A stretch of DNA of 58,973 nt, filler included, from Sphacelaria rigidula (taxonomy: Eukaryota): assembly GCA_964200075.2 (NCBI GenBank). It is 7 parts of 7 records of this genome, joined end to end, with 100 filler letters (N's around TTAATTAATTAA, not from the genome) between each part and the next. Parts side by side here need not be neighbours in the genome. Positions count along the whole stretch, not along the records: positions 16,880 to 25,218 come from CAXNAA020011465.1; positions 25,319 to 33,657 come from CAXNAA020011466.1; positions 33,758 to 42,096 come from CAXNAA020011467.1; 4 more parts are not named here. One strand, 5' to 3'. Below the pieces are notes generated by a model, which saw nothing but the letters and a program-made list of their open reading frames with translations, ran no database searches and was not told the origin of the DNA. Position numbers and translations under genes: made by a program. Shown here piece by piece: positions 25,178 through 39,880 of the stretch. Positions within the stretch are counted from its first letter, which is position 1; each line of letters opens with the position of its first letter.

Positions 25178-25489
25178 CCTCCCTTTAAGAAAAACAAAAG
25201 GGGGGGGGGGGGGGGAAANNNNNNNNNNNNNNNNNNNNNNNNNNNNNNNNNNNNNNNNNNNNTTAATTAATTAANNNNNNNNNNNNNNNNNNNNNNNNNN
25301 NNNNNNNNNNNNNNNNNNGTCCCGGCTTTGTAGGGATGCGAGGTCAATGGTCTTATGACTATGGCATGCATGATCATGAGTACACCCCCCGCAACTCAGG
25401 GTAAAATCACGGTTTCGGTCAGCGCTGTAAGCTCACAGAGTCGGTGAATTAAAAGGCGTCGAAAAGGCGTTTATACAGATCGAGATTGG

Positions 25490-25720
25490 TTGCGCCCTAA
25501 AAGACGGTCCAACCTCGAAACCTTCTGACGGTTGGGTCGTGCGTCCGAATCTCGGTGCAGTCACACGATCTATCTGGGATTTTTTTCTCGCGCAACATCC
25601 AACAGTGGAGAGCGACTTTATCGTGGGCACAAATTCGACTTCACGGTCCACAAGGGAAAGGGACTGTTGAACCCCTCTCTCGATAAAAAAAAAAGAAGAA
25701 CGGCAAGCACCGAAGAAGGA
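25490..25720 (+). mobile_element. tRNA-derived SINE family 1 (diverged head)
   Basis: AACCTTCTGACGGTTGGGTCGT head and GGAGAGCGAC...GACTTCACGG...AGGGAAAGGGACTG body are shared with 44050-44746(-); head also shared with 33270-33415. Confidence 0.7.
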
Positions 25721-27624
25721 GGGCCAAGTACTAGACCAAGAGAAGGAAAAAAAAAAACTCCCGACTTGGCCTTCTTCCTGTGTGACCCCGGCTGATGCGC
25801 CCACATATACCGCCTGGCGTCCACAAGAGATGGAATGGCAACACACACGACGTCTGCCATGTGCCTTTCTTCCACATGAGCATCTCCATGACTTCGTCTC
25901 TTCAACTAATCAAACTCTAGCATCGAAGGCACCTCCGTCGGGGAGATATTATCTGCGCCCCGCAACCGGCTTGACTTGTTCGACGGAGGAAGGATACGTT
26001 TTGCGTACGAGGGTCGGGTCGACGGATCCTTCTCCTACGGTCCCCGTGCTTACCCTCTCCTTCGAATCGTACCTCGCTTGTCTCATGCCGCACGCCTCCT
26101 TCTCTCCTGCCTTCCTCTCATGTATCCTGGCCTACTTTCGAATCTCCACATAGAGCATCACCAAGACCTTGCATTACTATTATACCTGTGAGCACTACTT
26201 GTTGCGCTGAGGTGGAAGCAATACACCAAGTGCAAGACATTTTGCATGAATCGGCGGTTACACCCCCGTGGACCTCGGTGCAACACACACACATACACAC
26301 AATCATATACGCTCACGCGAAGAGCACCGTTTCGACACTCAAGTCGGAACAAGCACGCTTTCATATTGATATACCACAGCCACAAGGTGTTTCGCGCCCG
26401 GTACGTGACGAGTAATTAAATAAACACCTTGTAGTCTTGATCCAAACCTCAACGATTCCACGTCCTGTCCGAAAAGGGTGAAACCGTACGTGAGTTGGTG
26501 GAGGGAGAGAAATGAAAGAGGGGAAAATGAGACGAGAAGATAAGAGTCCGTTCGGCGGCAATCAGTCAGCCACACTGTACCCATTAACAACCTACACTTC
26601 TGTCTTCACATCGCGATTTCCCATGACCAACCAACTCCCCCTTCTTCAATATCGACTTGGATCGAGCGCCCATGTTTGCGGCGTTCGTTCCGCGCGCGAG
26701 GCGAGGACGGCCTGAGACCTCTTGCTATACCCCACAAGTGTCCCTCGGCTGCTAGTTGCTGCAGAGCCTCCATGACCTCCTTCTGCGTCACCTGCAAACG
26801 AAGGCGATGCAAAGATGAAGGCCGTCCGATCATCTTGCGCAAGCACACAAGAAAACAAAAAACACACGACAACTGAGCACCATTGAGATGCACCCGACCG
26901 AGGCCGTGACCAAAAACAACCCGCACGAGAGTAGAAGCGAGTCGTGCGACGTACATCGCTGACACCTGGTTGGTGGATGTTGGCTCGAGTGTGCAGGTTT
27001 CCACACATTTGGCGGCAGGGCGAAGCAAGACCCGGGCGAACCTGGTGCAACGTCCCCCAACGCCACGTAAGCTTGGGAACGAGCCGAAGGTTCAAACGCA
27101 AAATCCGAGTGTATGTGTTCCGACATGGTGGTCAAGAACCCGAGTCGAGTCGCGTGTGCTCACGAGCGTACCCTCAAGTACGGCTATGTATGTACACTCG
27201 AGCAGGTACGGTTAAGTACGATTGACTACGGCATGCTGATGATCGCCGAGAACTCACCGGGACATCGCTCTGTGCCTCCACCTTCTTCCGTAGCTCCGAG
27301 ACACCCGTCCGCCGTCTCTTCAGAGCACCGCCGAGGAGTGCTCGGATCTCGTTACATAGAGCATCCACGGCATCCCTGGGGAGGTAACCCCGACCGCCCC
27401 CGGCCAAACGGTCAGAGCGACATGGCAAAAAGAGATGATATGAACGCTTGGAACACTGACACAAGTGCCGCCAGAAATGCAACGTGTGCGCACGATACAG
27501 GTGTACAGGGGGCGCGGAAACTGCAACAAGCCTTTACACCACACAAAGACCAAATGACACCCGATAGTCACAGCGCAGCCGCAGCCACGATACCTCCGGT
27601 GCGCCCCGCCCCGTGACTGCCAGA

Positions 27625-27873
27625 GACACTTTCTACGATAGCCCCCTCCCAAAACCAGCCCAAAAGTGTCACGAAAAAAATGGCCACACAGCGCCTGATG
27701 TTTGGGTGCAGGCTGGATGAAGCGCCTCATATTGGCACCATTGGCGAGGATGAATGCAAGCGTGGGAATTCCCAGCTGCTCGTTGTCTTCGGCTTTTCCC
27801 ATCTCGATTCACGTGAAGATTTTGCCTCCCAAAACCATGCACTTTTTGGCGGGGGGCTATCGTAGAAAGTGTC
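27625..27873. mobile_element. 249-bp MITE with ~22-bp TIRs and apparent 4-bp TSD
   Basis: GACACTTTCTACGATAGCCCCC ... GGGGGCTATCGTAGAAAGTGTC, flanked by CAGA on both sides. Relatives at 58730-58925 and a terminus at ~33835-33868. Confidence 0.8.
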
Positions 27874-29029
27874 CAGAGTAAATTCGCACCGTCGTGGCTC
27901 CATACCTTCTACATGACAATCAACTACAAACGCGTCACGAGGTCACCCCTCGTCCTGTACGCCCGACGATGGGCAAACACTTCGTCATCGAAAACAAATT
28001 CACAGCGATGACACTAGCGTCCTCTTTCCCGATGGCAATCTTCGCCAGCTCTAGAGGCGCAGTGATCGAACCTCACCAATGTCAAGTGCTACAACCAACA
28101 GTCACGAGTCCCCTCGCGCAGCGTTTGTCCTGATCGTTGTCGAGAACGGCTAGTCCTAACGGAAAGTGGACGGCACGAACCCCATCCCGGTAGGCCGTCC
28201 AAGGCAACACCCAGAGTACACAGCCCATGCCTGTGTCGAATCTCACAATGTATTCCCGTTCGGTCGTGCTACATCTTGTCTCTTGGCCGACAGCGACAGC
28301 AAGGTGCGACGGCGACAAAAGAGACACACATGGTGGCCATTCCGATCACTTCACCCCTCAATAACGTCATGAGTTAGTCAGACTTGAACCGGGCGCTCAA
28401 CTTCTCCGCCCGACATCGAAACGTCCATCTCCGGGCTGAGCACAGCGTTCGCGATCAGCTATCCTGCCTAGTCCACACCGACAGTACGGCAAGACGTCAG
28501 CAAGGCAAACAAACGCACGAGAACGCGAAATATCAGCCGCCATCGCGTCATTCCTCAATCAAGCGGCAGAAGGAACAACCAAAGGAGAGTACACTGGAGC
28601 GCTTCGTTCAGCCTGACGACAGGCGGCAAAAGTCTTTCTTGATCATCACGGGGTCAAGGATAGGCACCCAAAACGCGCACCAATGACACGGGGAAGATAG
28701 AATCGCGCATTCTTTCGCCAGCAACGGCCCTATTAATATAGCAGATACGACGCGAACTCCGTCGAGGCCACGCTGCAGTAGACCTCATTTTTCCCTCCCG
28801 CGCAGATGCCTCACCTATGCTCCCATCGTCAGTGCGATGGAAGCAACAACGGGGATTCCGACTGGCCCTTCGCAAACCGCCACTCGGCGACCATTGCTCT
28901 TGCGGGGGTACACCAACGCATCCTACTTTATACTTCCTGATGGTAGTCCGCAGCAGGCATGCTACTGCGCAACGCTTAGGGCTGTGCCCCTTTCCGCCCA
29001 TGCCTCATCCACCACAAAATAGAAGCACA

Positions 29030-30038
29030 CTCTTTCACTAGACGTTAGCTGCGGGTATCCCAGAGCAAATACAAGCTTCATAAAAAAAGCCGTGGCGCAC
29101 GCCAAATACCTCCGCCCCGCCGCCGCCGTCACGGCCCTCTCCCCCACAAAGCCTTGTCACCTCCGCCGCGTACAGCATGTCATATGACTGGCTTCCTGCG
29201 CAAGCTCCCAAATGTCCCATCGGCGCAACCCCGCCGTGCCGCCTCTTCTCCCTGCGAGGTCACGCCCGCTCGGCTCGCCACGTCACCCGCGATAACTTAG
29301 CCTTGGCCAGACGCCCGTTCCATCTGTGCGTCCCGCTCGAGACCGCAACCACGCGTGAAGCCTCTCCCGTGTCTGGGAAACGATGGGGTGGTGAGCCGGC
29401 TTCGGCTTTCAGCTTCCGTTCGGGAGGCAGAGATCCGCGAGCTGGAAGGGCGTAAAGTGGTTCACCTGTCCAGGCACCGTTCACACCAAAGGGTCAGGGC
29501 ACAATGAACTGCAAGACAAGAGCGCACACAGCACATGGACAAGACGCAATACTAGCAACCGGGAGCAAATCGTTTTGGTACGCCGTGGGGCAAGTCAACA
29601 AAGCGCGAGTGATGACAAGATGACCCGATACTGCAGGTATACAGATATCCCACGGGAAGCATGGCATACTTCAAAAGCGACCGTTGCGCCGAGGCGTATT
29701 CACAGTGCCGTAAACCGGATCAAGCTGCTCTTGTGCGGCACACCTTACACAACAGCAACATTTGCGCCCTTTCGCGGTCGGCGGTTGGCGGTTGGCGGTT
29801 GGAAGACAGATTGCGTGACATTCTCTGGTGAACACACAAACGCCAAACGCACACGCAGCAGTCAAGGCAAAAGTTGGAGTGTTGACTCCTTCCCCCACGC
29901 GGTTTACAGCCAACAACATAAACGGCGGGGAACACGTACCGTTGCTTCTCCGTGCCCATATGCGCGCCCACAAGTGCAGCGTGAGGGATGCAAGAAGGTT
30001 GGGGCGACACTGCCTATCCTGCCCTGTATATACATACG

Positions 30039-30070
<32 letters not shown>

Positions 30071-30391
30071 ATTAAAAAAAACACCATGCCTCCTCACCCC
30101 GCGAGTGCTATCTTCATCTGGGAAGTCAGTTCATGTCCGTCCACGGTTTTCGCATGATCGTACACGACGGTGCCGCGGTGCCATGACCCCGGGACACCGT
30201 CGTTGTGTACCACGGGGGATACAGGTTGGGTCCCGATCGTTTTATTTCCGAGGAAACTCCCGTATTCCGAATCCCTCGCGAAAGCCCTGACGGAGGCAAA
30301 CGGTGCGAGATCGAGGGCGCAACACTCCCCGCACGTGTCCGGCTTCTCTCCCGTGATGTTGGCTGCAGCCTCTCGGCGAGCGGTCACGTTC
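29030..30391 (-). pseudogene. Short-chain dehydrogenase/reductase (retinol dehydrogenase/WWOX-like) pseudogene fragments
   Basis: cag|RNVTA...CCALDLAPFASVRAFAR (30391-30275); ASRVVAVSSGTHRW (~29360-29320); in-frame TGA; catalytic YxxSK read as CAGSQ followed by YDMLYAAEVTR; frameshift before VTAAA. Confidence 0.65.
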
Positions 30392-30547
30392 CTGTGGTGT
30401 GGGGCAACCATGTCATCATGTACACTTACTTATTGGCATGACGGGGTCCGGGGTACGAGTGATAGCTGGCGTAAACTGTTGAACTCTTACTGTCCTAAGC
30501 CCACCGGCGAGAAGGTTCTGTTGTAGGTAAAGAATCGAGACTCGTCT

Positions 30548-30630
30548 CGTGACAAGGTGACAACGTGACAACGTGACAACGTGACAACGTGACAACGTGA
30601 CAACGTGACAACGTGACAACGTGACAAGGT
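30548..30630. repeat. (GTGACAAC)n tandem repeat, ~10 units
   Basis: Read directly. Confidence 0.95.
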
Positions 30631-32624
30631 AATGTATTTACCCCAAGAGACGAGGCTCAATGCGTTTCCGCCCCGTCCCGATCCCGACAGATGAGAAGAG
30701 GGCTAGAGTCTCGAACACGGATCCATGCAAAGAAGGAAACGAGGCAAACATGACGCGTGCAGCTAGGATAGCCTCCAGATGAAATCGACTTGATGAAGTC
30801 ATGTGGTCTGCAAAACTAGCTACGTGGGTCTCACGCATTTCACATGCACCGCTACGGTGCATCGATCGACCCCCTACTACGCATTTCCGGTTTTCGATCT
30901 TCCCTACTCTAGCTAGAGGATGCGACCCTCACCGCCCGTCCATCTCCTCCCCCCCTCCCCCCCTCCAGCGCGCTCGCGTGCTATACATATACAACAGTAT
31001 TTCATGTTCCATACGGCCGCCAGGTGCGTACATTTCCACCTGGACGACGTGGACCCACGCCAGATAAATATAACACTGTGCAGTGCTGCACGATGCACGG
31101 TCACCGGGGTGACTAGTGGTTGCCCATGTATGGCAACCCTCAACTCCAAGTGGAGGCAGACTGAACAAACGAGGGGCATCCACCGTCCAAGTGAGACTTT
31201 CGGAATAAAAGGGCAGCAAGCCGACTTCTGCGGTTTCAGCCTGTATTGCACAGCAATACCACATTGTTTGCTCCAAAAACATCGCGCGCAATATTGGTGC
31301 CTCAACAGGGGAATAAGGCTGTGCGAAAACAACATTCTTGTGTCGGTGAGCAGCGACGCACCCGAACTTTGTGTAGGGTCAGCGTGGGACGCAGAGTTCA
31401 AGGAACGTTGACCTTCGGATCGACGATTTACGGCGGAATAGGACAAGGTGAAACGTAGGATTTACCAACCGATGGGGCACGATATCATCATAGTGGAGTG
31501 TTCTCTAGGCTGATATTCCTGAACTCCCGCCCTCACGCCACAGGGAAAACTGGCAGTACCCGAAATTGCAGAAGCGTTCAGTCCGTTCGTATTTCAAGTG
31601 GTGTATGGCACTGCACTACTGAACTCTTCTCGCGCACTCATCTGATTGTTTACTTTTCCCGCAATACCGACTGTGCCGCCACCATGCACTATAATACCAC
31701 ACGGCATGAATGTGCACTGTATTAAATGGAGTGTCATGCATTGTATTACCCTAGGGAACCAAAGTACGGCACTGTGCTCGAAGGATTATTCACCGCCTGC
31801 CTGTTCTTCGGCTTCATGCACAAGTACGCAGTACCACACTCGTGCAGAAAATGGCCGTCTGTGTACAGAACTTTGTCACAAATCGATGATACCGTCTGTA
31901 CCATAAAACGGTCCCCCCCCCCGATTTTGAGTTCACGAATTTGCGGCCCCGTCTAAAAAATCGAGATTCGTTGCCATAAAAGATGATCTTACACGTTGTC
32001 TCAACATACTGTCGATGCTGTCATATTCCTTCAGAGGTAGTTCTTGCTTCTGCAAGATCAGTGTCTTCTGCGTCGCTAAGATTCTTTACTTTCGGTCGAG
32101 TTTTGTATATGTTCGAAGGTTGAAATGAGTTCATTTTGGGCAGATATCTGAGACGCGGAGGATGGGTGGAGAATGACGATTATTCTTTAGTTCTTTCTGT
32201 ACGATCATCAACATCTTCTGCCTCGTTTCGATTCTTGATTCTCGTTCAGGGTTTGTCGTTTTTTGAAGGTTAAATATTTTCATCTCGCGTGGATTTCTCG
32301 GACAGAGAATGGGTGGAGCTTCACGGTTATCTTTTTAGTTGTGCAGGACCCATGTTTTCTGCCTTCTTCTGGCTCTTGGTCAGGTTTAATCGTTGTCGAC
32401 GATGTTTGAAAGTCCAAAGAGGCAAAAAGAAGAGAACGAGTTATCTCTGGATCTTATCTTCGCCTCTAAGTACTCCTGTATGTGGGCGACGGCTGATGTC
32501 GGCTGCAACGCTCCACATCATCCTTTGCCTTGGGTAACGCGTCATTGAGCGGGGGCGCGAAGCGCCAAAAACCTTGTAGCAATTAATTCATTTATCTTTC
32601 TGGCCGTTGAAGAGCCTTGGATGC

Positions 32625-33050
32625 AGGTGCACTTTTTCACTTGGTTTTAGAGCACGGCTGAACGGCTTTCCCACAAGGTCTGAGAGGCCAACATTTGCTC
32701 ACACTTGATTTTAGAGTACGGCGACACGGTGTCATTCGGTCGTTCTCAGAAGCTCAGAGAGGCGAGCATTTGCTCTTACTTGATTTTAGAGTACAGCGAA
32801 CGGGGTCATTTCGTTCTCTCAACCTCCGACAAAGCAGCATTGCATGATTCCCCTTCAGGAGGTTTCGGGAGCATCGCTCCCACGACAGTGCTCTGCATGG
32901 TGTTTTCCGCCTTCTTTCCTCGCCATGGCGGTAGACCCTTCGTGCGCCCATGTCACACCGCACACAGGACTGTCAGAATCGTTCCCAGAGGCTCTGAGAC
33001 AGGTGTACTTTTTCACTTGCTTTTAGAATACGGTGAAACGGGGTCTCTGT
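32625..33050. repeat. Degenerate repeats around CACTTG(A/C/G)TTTTAGAG/ATACGG
   Basis: Motif recurs at ~32638, 32702, 32777 and 33014, the first three 64-75 bp apart. Confidence 0.65.
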
Positions 33051-33269
33051 GACCCTTTGACCGTCGGAGATGCCACCTCTTACCGTATACAGGTCACTTG
33101 AAAATTGAATCGCGGAAAGACTCTCCGTCCAACCACGGCGCACACCGGAAGCATGTTGTGATCTTGCCCGCATGTCGTTCCCTTTTCCTGTCTATGCTGC
33201 TGCTTTTCCTCTGCCATACATGCGTTTTTTCGTCATGAGGTGTCGGCTTCTATTTTTCATGTTTTAGTC

Positions 33270-33415
33270 GGTAGACGGTCACTCTGGTGGCTCAGTTGGT
33301 AACCCCCAAACTTAATGGCGGTTGGGTCGTCGGTTTGAACCTCAGTGCAGTCACACGATCTGGAATTTTATCTCACACCATGTTCAACAGTGGACGGCGA
33401 CCACAATGTTCTCGT
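33270..33415 (+). mobile_element. tRNA-derived SINE family 1 copy
   Basis: A box TGGCTCAGTTGG and B-box-like GGTTTGAACC, followed by the shared body TCTCACACCATG. Confidence 0.7.
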
Positions 33416-34844
33416 GAGATTGAGAGTAGAGCGCTGATTGCGAGTGGCTTTGACTATTCGCTTCAACGAAGCCAGATTTTCATTCCATGCCTGCTTTTCT
33501 TCGCCTCTAGCACTGACGTGTGCATACAGCTACACGTCGATATCTTGCTCAGGAGTATCAAGGGTCTCAGTGGCAAGCTCCTACAGTACAGAGAGCATCT
33601 TGAGCCTCGTGGAGGGGCATCCCGGAACTGAAACGATTCATTGACGAATTGACCGCTNNNNNNNNNNNNNNNNNNNNNNNNNNNNNNNNNNNNNNNNNNN
33701 NTTAATTAATTAANNNNNNNNNNNNNNNNNNNNNNNNNNNNNNNNNNNNNNNNNNNNGCATCCCTTTCGAGACGGAGCACCGTTCCTACTCCTAATAGAG
33801 ACACCTCCAACATTCTGGCGCTCATTACTTCGCACTTTTTAGGGGGGGGGCTATCGTAGAAAGTATCACGAATGTCGATTTTTAAGGTGGACAATGCTGC
33901 TACAGATGAGGGTAGATATTGGACGCCAGGACACGCTTCTCTAGGCGACGGAAAAGGCCGCTGTCACATCTACGCCGGGTGAAGGACCCGGCTGGAGCGA
34001 GCCCAACGAAAGAGCACCATCCTGCCAGAATTGACCAGGCGTGGTTCTACTTCGTCAGCGTCACTCCTTTCGCGTCCTACACCCGACATAGATGTAACGG
34101 TATCCTTCATCGCTCAGAAAAAAAATGTGTCCTGGCATGTAATCCCTCCAGCCACCCTTTACGCCCCGCTGCGTCCGTTGCTCGGTGGAGGGATCAAGTC
34201 ACCATCTTCTGCGGTACATTAGTTCCCTCTGCCTGCAACGTCCCTCCATGTTTCTCACCGTTCTCTTGCTCAACACCGCCCTTCATCTGCAGCTTCCGGT
34301 TTGCAAATCGCAACCAAACACTCTACCCTAGCAATGATCCCGAGCCGGGAAAGTCTTCGGTCGCCGGGGTGCGCCATCAGGGTCTTCCATTCATTCTCCA
34401 AGTAAAATATAATGGCCACCCAACGCATGACCAACCCTGGAGCCAAATTCAAAAAGTCTTGGAAGACAAGACATGGTATCAATCATGGTATTTGCGACTG
34501 GAACTTTCCTAGAGTGACAGGAATGATTTCGCAACATGCATCAGTCCACTGTTCTCTGCGGGAAAACAGTGCTCTAGATGGAGCACAGTCAAAAGAACAT
34601 TCTCGTTAGACGTTTGGCAGGGAAGGCTGTCAGCTGGGGGGCCTTCATTTCCGTGCGTAGAAGACAAGGAAGCTCTCCGACTTGAACCTGGAATGTAGGT
34701 GCACTTGGCACAAAGCCTGCCAGTAGCTGACGTAAATTGCGCCCACTTTTGCTGTTCGACAGTGACTCTCGTGAACCCCTTCACCGTCCAACAGCTCGTC
34801 GAACAGGTCATGACCGCACAAATCTGGGCATGCATCAAAGCTCA

Positions 34845-35835
<991 letters not shown>

Positions 35836-38800
35836 TCATGAAGTCCAACGGCCAACCCGGTTCAAATTATATTATTATATAGCCTCCACAATACCCATCC
35901 CTACCTTCCAACAGGTCCCACGAGTAATTACTCCTACACGACGCGCCAAGATTCGAGGGGGAGGCGGGGAGGGCGGGGTCGATGCGCTCGTTCTTCCGTT
36001 ATGCGCCTAACCACGGGACGGGTGACACTGAAAACGCGTTAAAGCTTGGCTTCAGTCCCATCAACATGAAATTATCAAAGTTGGGGAGCGATTGTAAGTG
36101 GATGGTGGGAATATTTGGACCGAGAGTAGTGGTACGTGATTTCTCCGCAAAAAGTCTCGCGACTGTCCTTTACTGACCACCCACTTATTTTTTTCTTAAT
36201 TTCGTGGTCACCATCACCAATTTCACGTTGACATCAGTATGTATGTGATGAAGCGAGCAAGTCACGAGCAGCCTGCTGTTCCTTGGGCATCGCGACCCAG
36301 TGACAATAGACGCCGAATGCGTCTTTCATCAACCCTGTAGCAACGACATCACGTGTGGTATACTGTAGTTTGAAGAATTTCAACATCGAATCTCACTCCA
36401 TGTGTCGTGCCACTGCTTGTTGCTTGCTCATTTTGGAGGACCGCAGTTCCAAGGACTGAACGTACGCCTACTGCTTACTGCTGACTGTTGCCTTGGTGCT
36501 GCCGGCTTTGGGATATCCGATGGATGCAGTATCCCATGCGCCCGTCAAAATTGTTGGCTTCAAAGGCGGTATCCTCCTTCTTTCAGAGCACTCCTGTCTT
36601 TCTCGCAAGCAACGCAACCTCCGACTCGTGTTTACCCGAAGTTTTGGGAAGAATGAAAAGTATCCATCTGATAGGTCGTCATCCCAACATAAATGACGTG
36701 ACATGAAATAAAAGTCATCCTGATCTATCAGATCGGACTATTTCGTTACCGTCGCTCTTTTTCGATCGAAAAATAGTTCGCCGAGAGCCGCTTCAAGTTG
36801 CACAGACACAAGCAAGAAGACCGCAAAAACTACCCCAACTTGGTTGCTCAACCATGTAATGCTGCTGCGATTTCATTTGTCGACAAACGAAATACGCGAA
36901 ATCGTCATCGCACCTGAAGGCCCTGCGATGGTTTTCGTCGCGTACAACAGTGCCATCTTACATGGGACTGTCAGGAGTAGGCGGCGGGTCCCTGACCGAT
37001 GAACGTTTGATCCCGGACTGTGGGGATCGAGACATACCTGTACCGTGTACCGCCCACAAATTCCGAAAAAAAAATATTCTCGACTGATCGGTCGTGGGCG
37101 GTCCTACAAGTACGAGTACGAGTATACAAGCCCACATTCTCGCTCTTTGGTATCTTCGCTAGAGCAACCCAATCCTTTGTGTTGTGCTCGAAAATTGTTA
37201 GAGGTGTTGGTCGGGCCCCAAAAAGTGTCCGGGCTGTTCGACGACAACGTTCCGACCAGGGACGACTCACTCGTATGTATTTTTCTTTCTTTTACTGGGA
37301 TGCCCCACCTCAACAGGATATGCTTCATTTTTGAGTAATTTTTTAGTGGTGCGTTCAGGCGATGCCCTCCCGGTTCAGACGCCGCATACACCTGTACACC
37401 GTTGACACGGGCCTTGCACCAGTGGCCTTTTCCAGGCGCTTTGAAATGCGTCCACCCAAAACCCGGAAAGGATGTCATCTCCTGGTTTGTTCTGCTGACC
37501 GTCGGGCGTTCTCTGAACTGGCCACTGTCACGTGGTGCATTTGGGTTCGAAACACACGACGGAAAAAGCAGCGCTCGAATGGCATTCGTCTCAGACGAGA
37601 GCCGCGCTGCGGAAGTCGGCCTCGATGGAGTTTCCCGAACAAGACGCGAATAAAAGCAAACGAAAAATAAGCACAGACACAAGTGGTTGAGAGGAAAGCC
37701 TCGGAGGAGATGTCTGAGTCGGAGTAACTTTGTTTCGGTGCATGTGTCCATGTATCCATGTGTCCATGTGCACTCCCACATATTAGGGCCCGTATTGACG
37801 TTGAGTTGACCCCCGCTTGCTGGCCACGCTCATCCCCTTCGCCATCTGTCTTTTCTCGTCTTTTCTTTTTCCATTTTTTTTGTGTGCCTTTGAGCATATC
37901 TGTTTTTTTTCCTTCACCCCATCACCTTGCAATACACCCCTTTGGGGTCGGGGTGGGCCGCGAATTCCCTCTTTGTTGCAAGCGGCAAATTCTATTCGAA
38001 GGGTGTGGGCGTTGCGGCGCACATGCAGTTCAGTACGCCTCTCCGACTGCAGCTGCCGCTGCCGCTGCATACTCCCTCACACGACCTGGGCAGTTCTCAG
38101 CTACCTGTACGGAGATCAGATGCCTATACACAGCTTGTTCGTCCCCGGCCACTACATTTTTTTTTCTGCAAGGCATCGGCAGAGGGATAGGCGTAAGTCA
38201 CGACGATAGCTCCTTCTCTCGTTCCACGGCCCAGCTGGGTTTAGTGCCCTCGTGAAGATATCCACAATGTGGCATGTACGCTTTTTCCCGACTTTTCCTC
38301 TCCAATCATGTGTTGGTGCAATTACTACATTATAGTATAAACTTACGACCCCAAGAAACATTCCGGGAATCACGGGAGCGCTATACTGGATGTGAGTAAA
38401 ACGAGAAAGCGTTCCCCGACCATCCGCATTTTGCATACCTGGGAGGGCGTTCTATCTGGGCCAGGGACAGAGCCCCCACACGATCTCGGCAGTGACAACA
38501 AAATCGGTGATAATGTAATAATCCCCGCCCTGGTCGTTCGGGTCTGGACGATAAATTTCGCCTTGCCGTAATTGGGGACGTCGCTACCTGACTTTTCTAT
38601 TATTTTACGAACACATGATCAATCCCTTGTTAGTTGGGGGGTCGGTGCCACAAGGGTTAAAGATCCGGATTTTGGTGTTCACACTGAAATCAAGTCGGAC
38701 TAGAAATCAACCATAGCACCCTCTCAAGTGGTGAACTACACAGCAATTCTCTTGATTGGTTAAAACAGGCCCTTATACTGAGAAAAGCGCTGCCACTCGT

Positions 38801-39880
38801 GTACCCAGCCGCATAGGGAACACGAGGTACAGAGCATGACGTGTACTAGAACAGACAGTATCATGGTGATATATTATGCTCTTCTCTCGGTCTGTTATGT
38901 TGATTCTATCGGTACCACCTTGTGCGCCGTACTGTCTCCTCAGCATCCGTCCGCTGCAACTGGAGCGTTGTACCTCGAGAAAACATAAGCAAGTGTTACT
39001 CGCCCCAGGATCGGCCATATGTTACATCGGCATACTTTTTACTTGAACAACGTATGCAAAACCCAGGTGATCCACCCTGGCGGTCGAAGGGTTCAAATTT
39101 AGAGCCAGTTGCAGGAAAAGGTGACCCTCTACAGAGATTTTGACCTGAAAAATGAATGTAAGACCTAAATGGTCCATCCTGACGATTCAAGAGTTCACTT
39201 TAGAGCTGACGGCAGGAAGCGGTAACCCCCTCTCCAAGTATGCCTTGGTGATATTGTACCCACAGACAAAGGGAAGGAATGCAGCGGGGGGTAGAGAGAA
39301 AACACCACCGTACTGTGCTGTACTGCGCTGTACTGTGCTGTGCATTGTACTTCGATGTTCTGTATCTATACAGGCAAGAGACTCTCACCCTCAGAGTGCG
39401 TCACTTATCTTGCATAGGAATAATATTTACTCGAAATATGAGAGTAAGACCCAGATGACCCACGGTGGCGGTCCAAGGGTTTATTTTTAGATGACGACAG
39501 GAAGAGTTGATGCTCGCCAAGGGAACCTGATCCTTAGTGATACCCATAGACAAAGGAAAGGGGCGCTGCGGGTTGGTGGGAGACAGCACCGTACTGTACA
39601 CTACAGAATTGTGCTGCATTGTACTATTAATACTGTCTTTACTGCGCATTTTAGTTCTGCTTCGTCTCGACCATTCACCCCCAGGGTGGGTGCTGTGTTG
39701 CATTGGGATAGTTTTGACCTGAGAATGAATGGACAAACAGTATGGCGAACGCAATGCAGCACGGCAGCCGTGTGTGAGTCATATGCGTAGAAGGCCTTTT
39801 GCGGTTCGCTTCCGATCGACCGGACGGATCTTTCACATCTCACTGGCTTGCTCGATATTTTTTGTCAGGAAGATCCGGGA

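Noticed and set aside
33511..33631. Terminal exon of a plus-strand gene
   Set aside because: Plausible acceptor and open frame, but no upstream exon or family signal.
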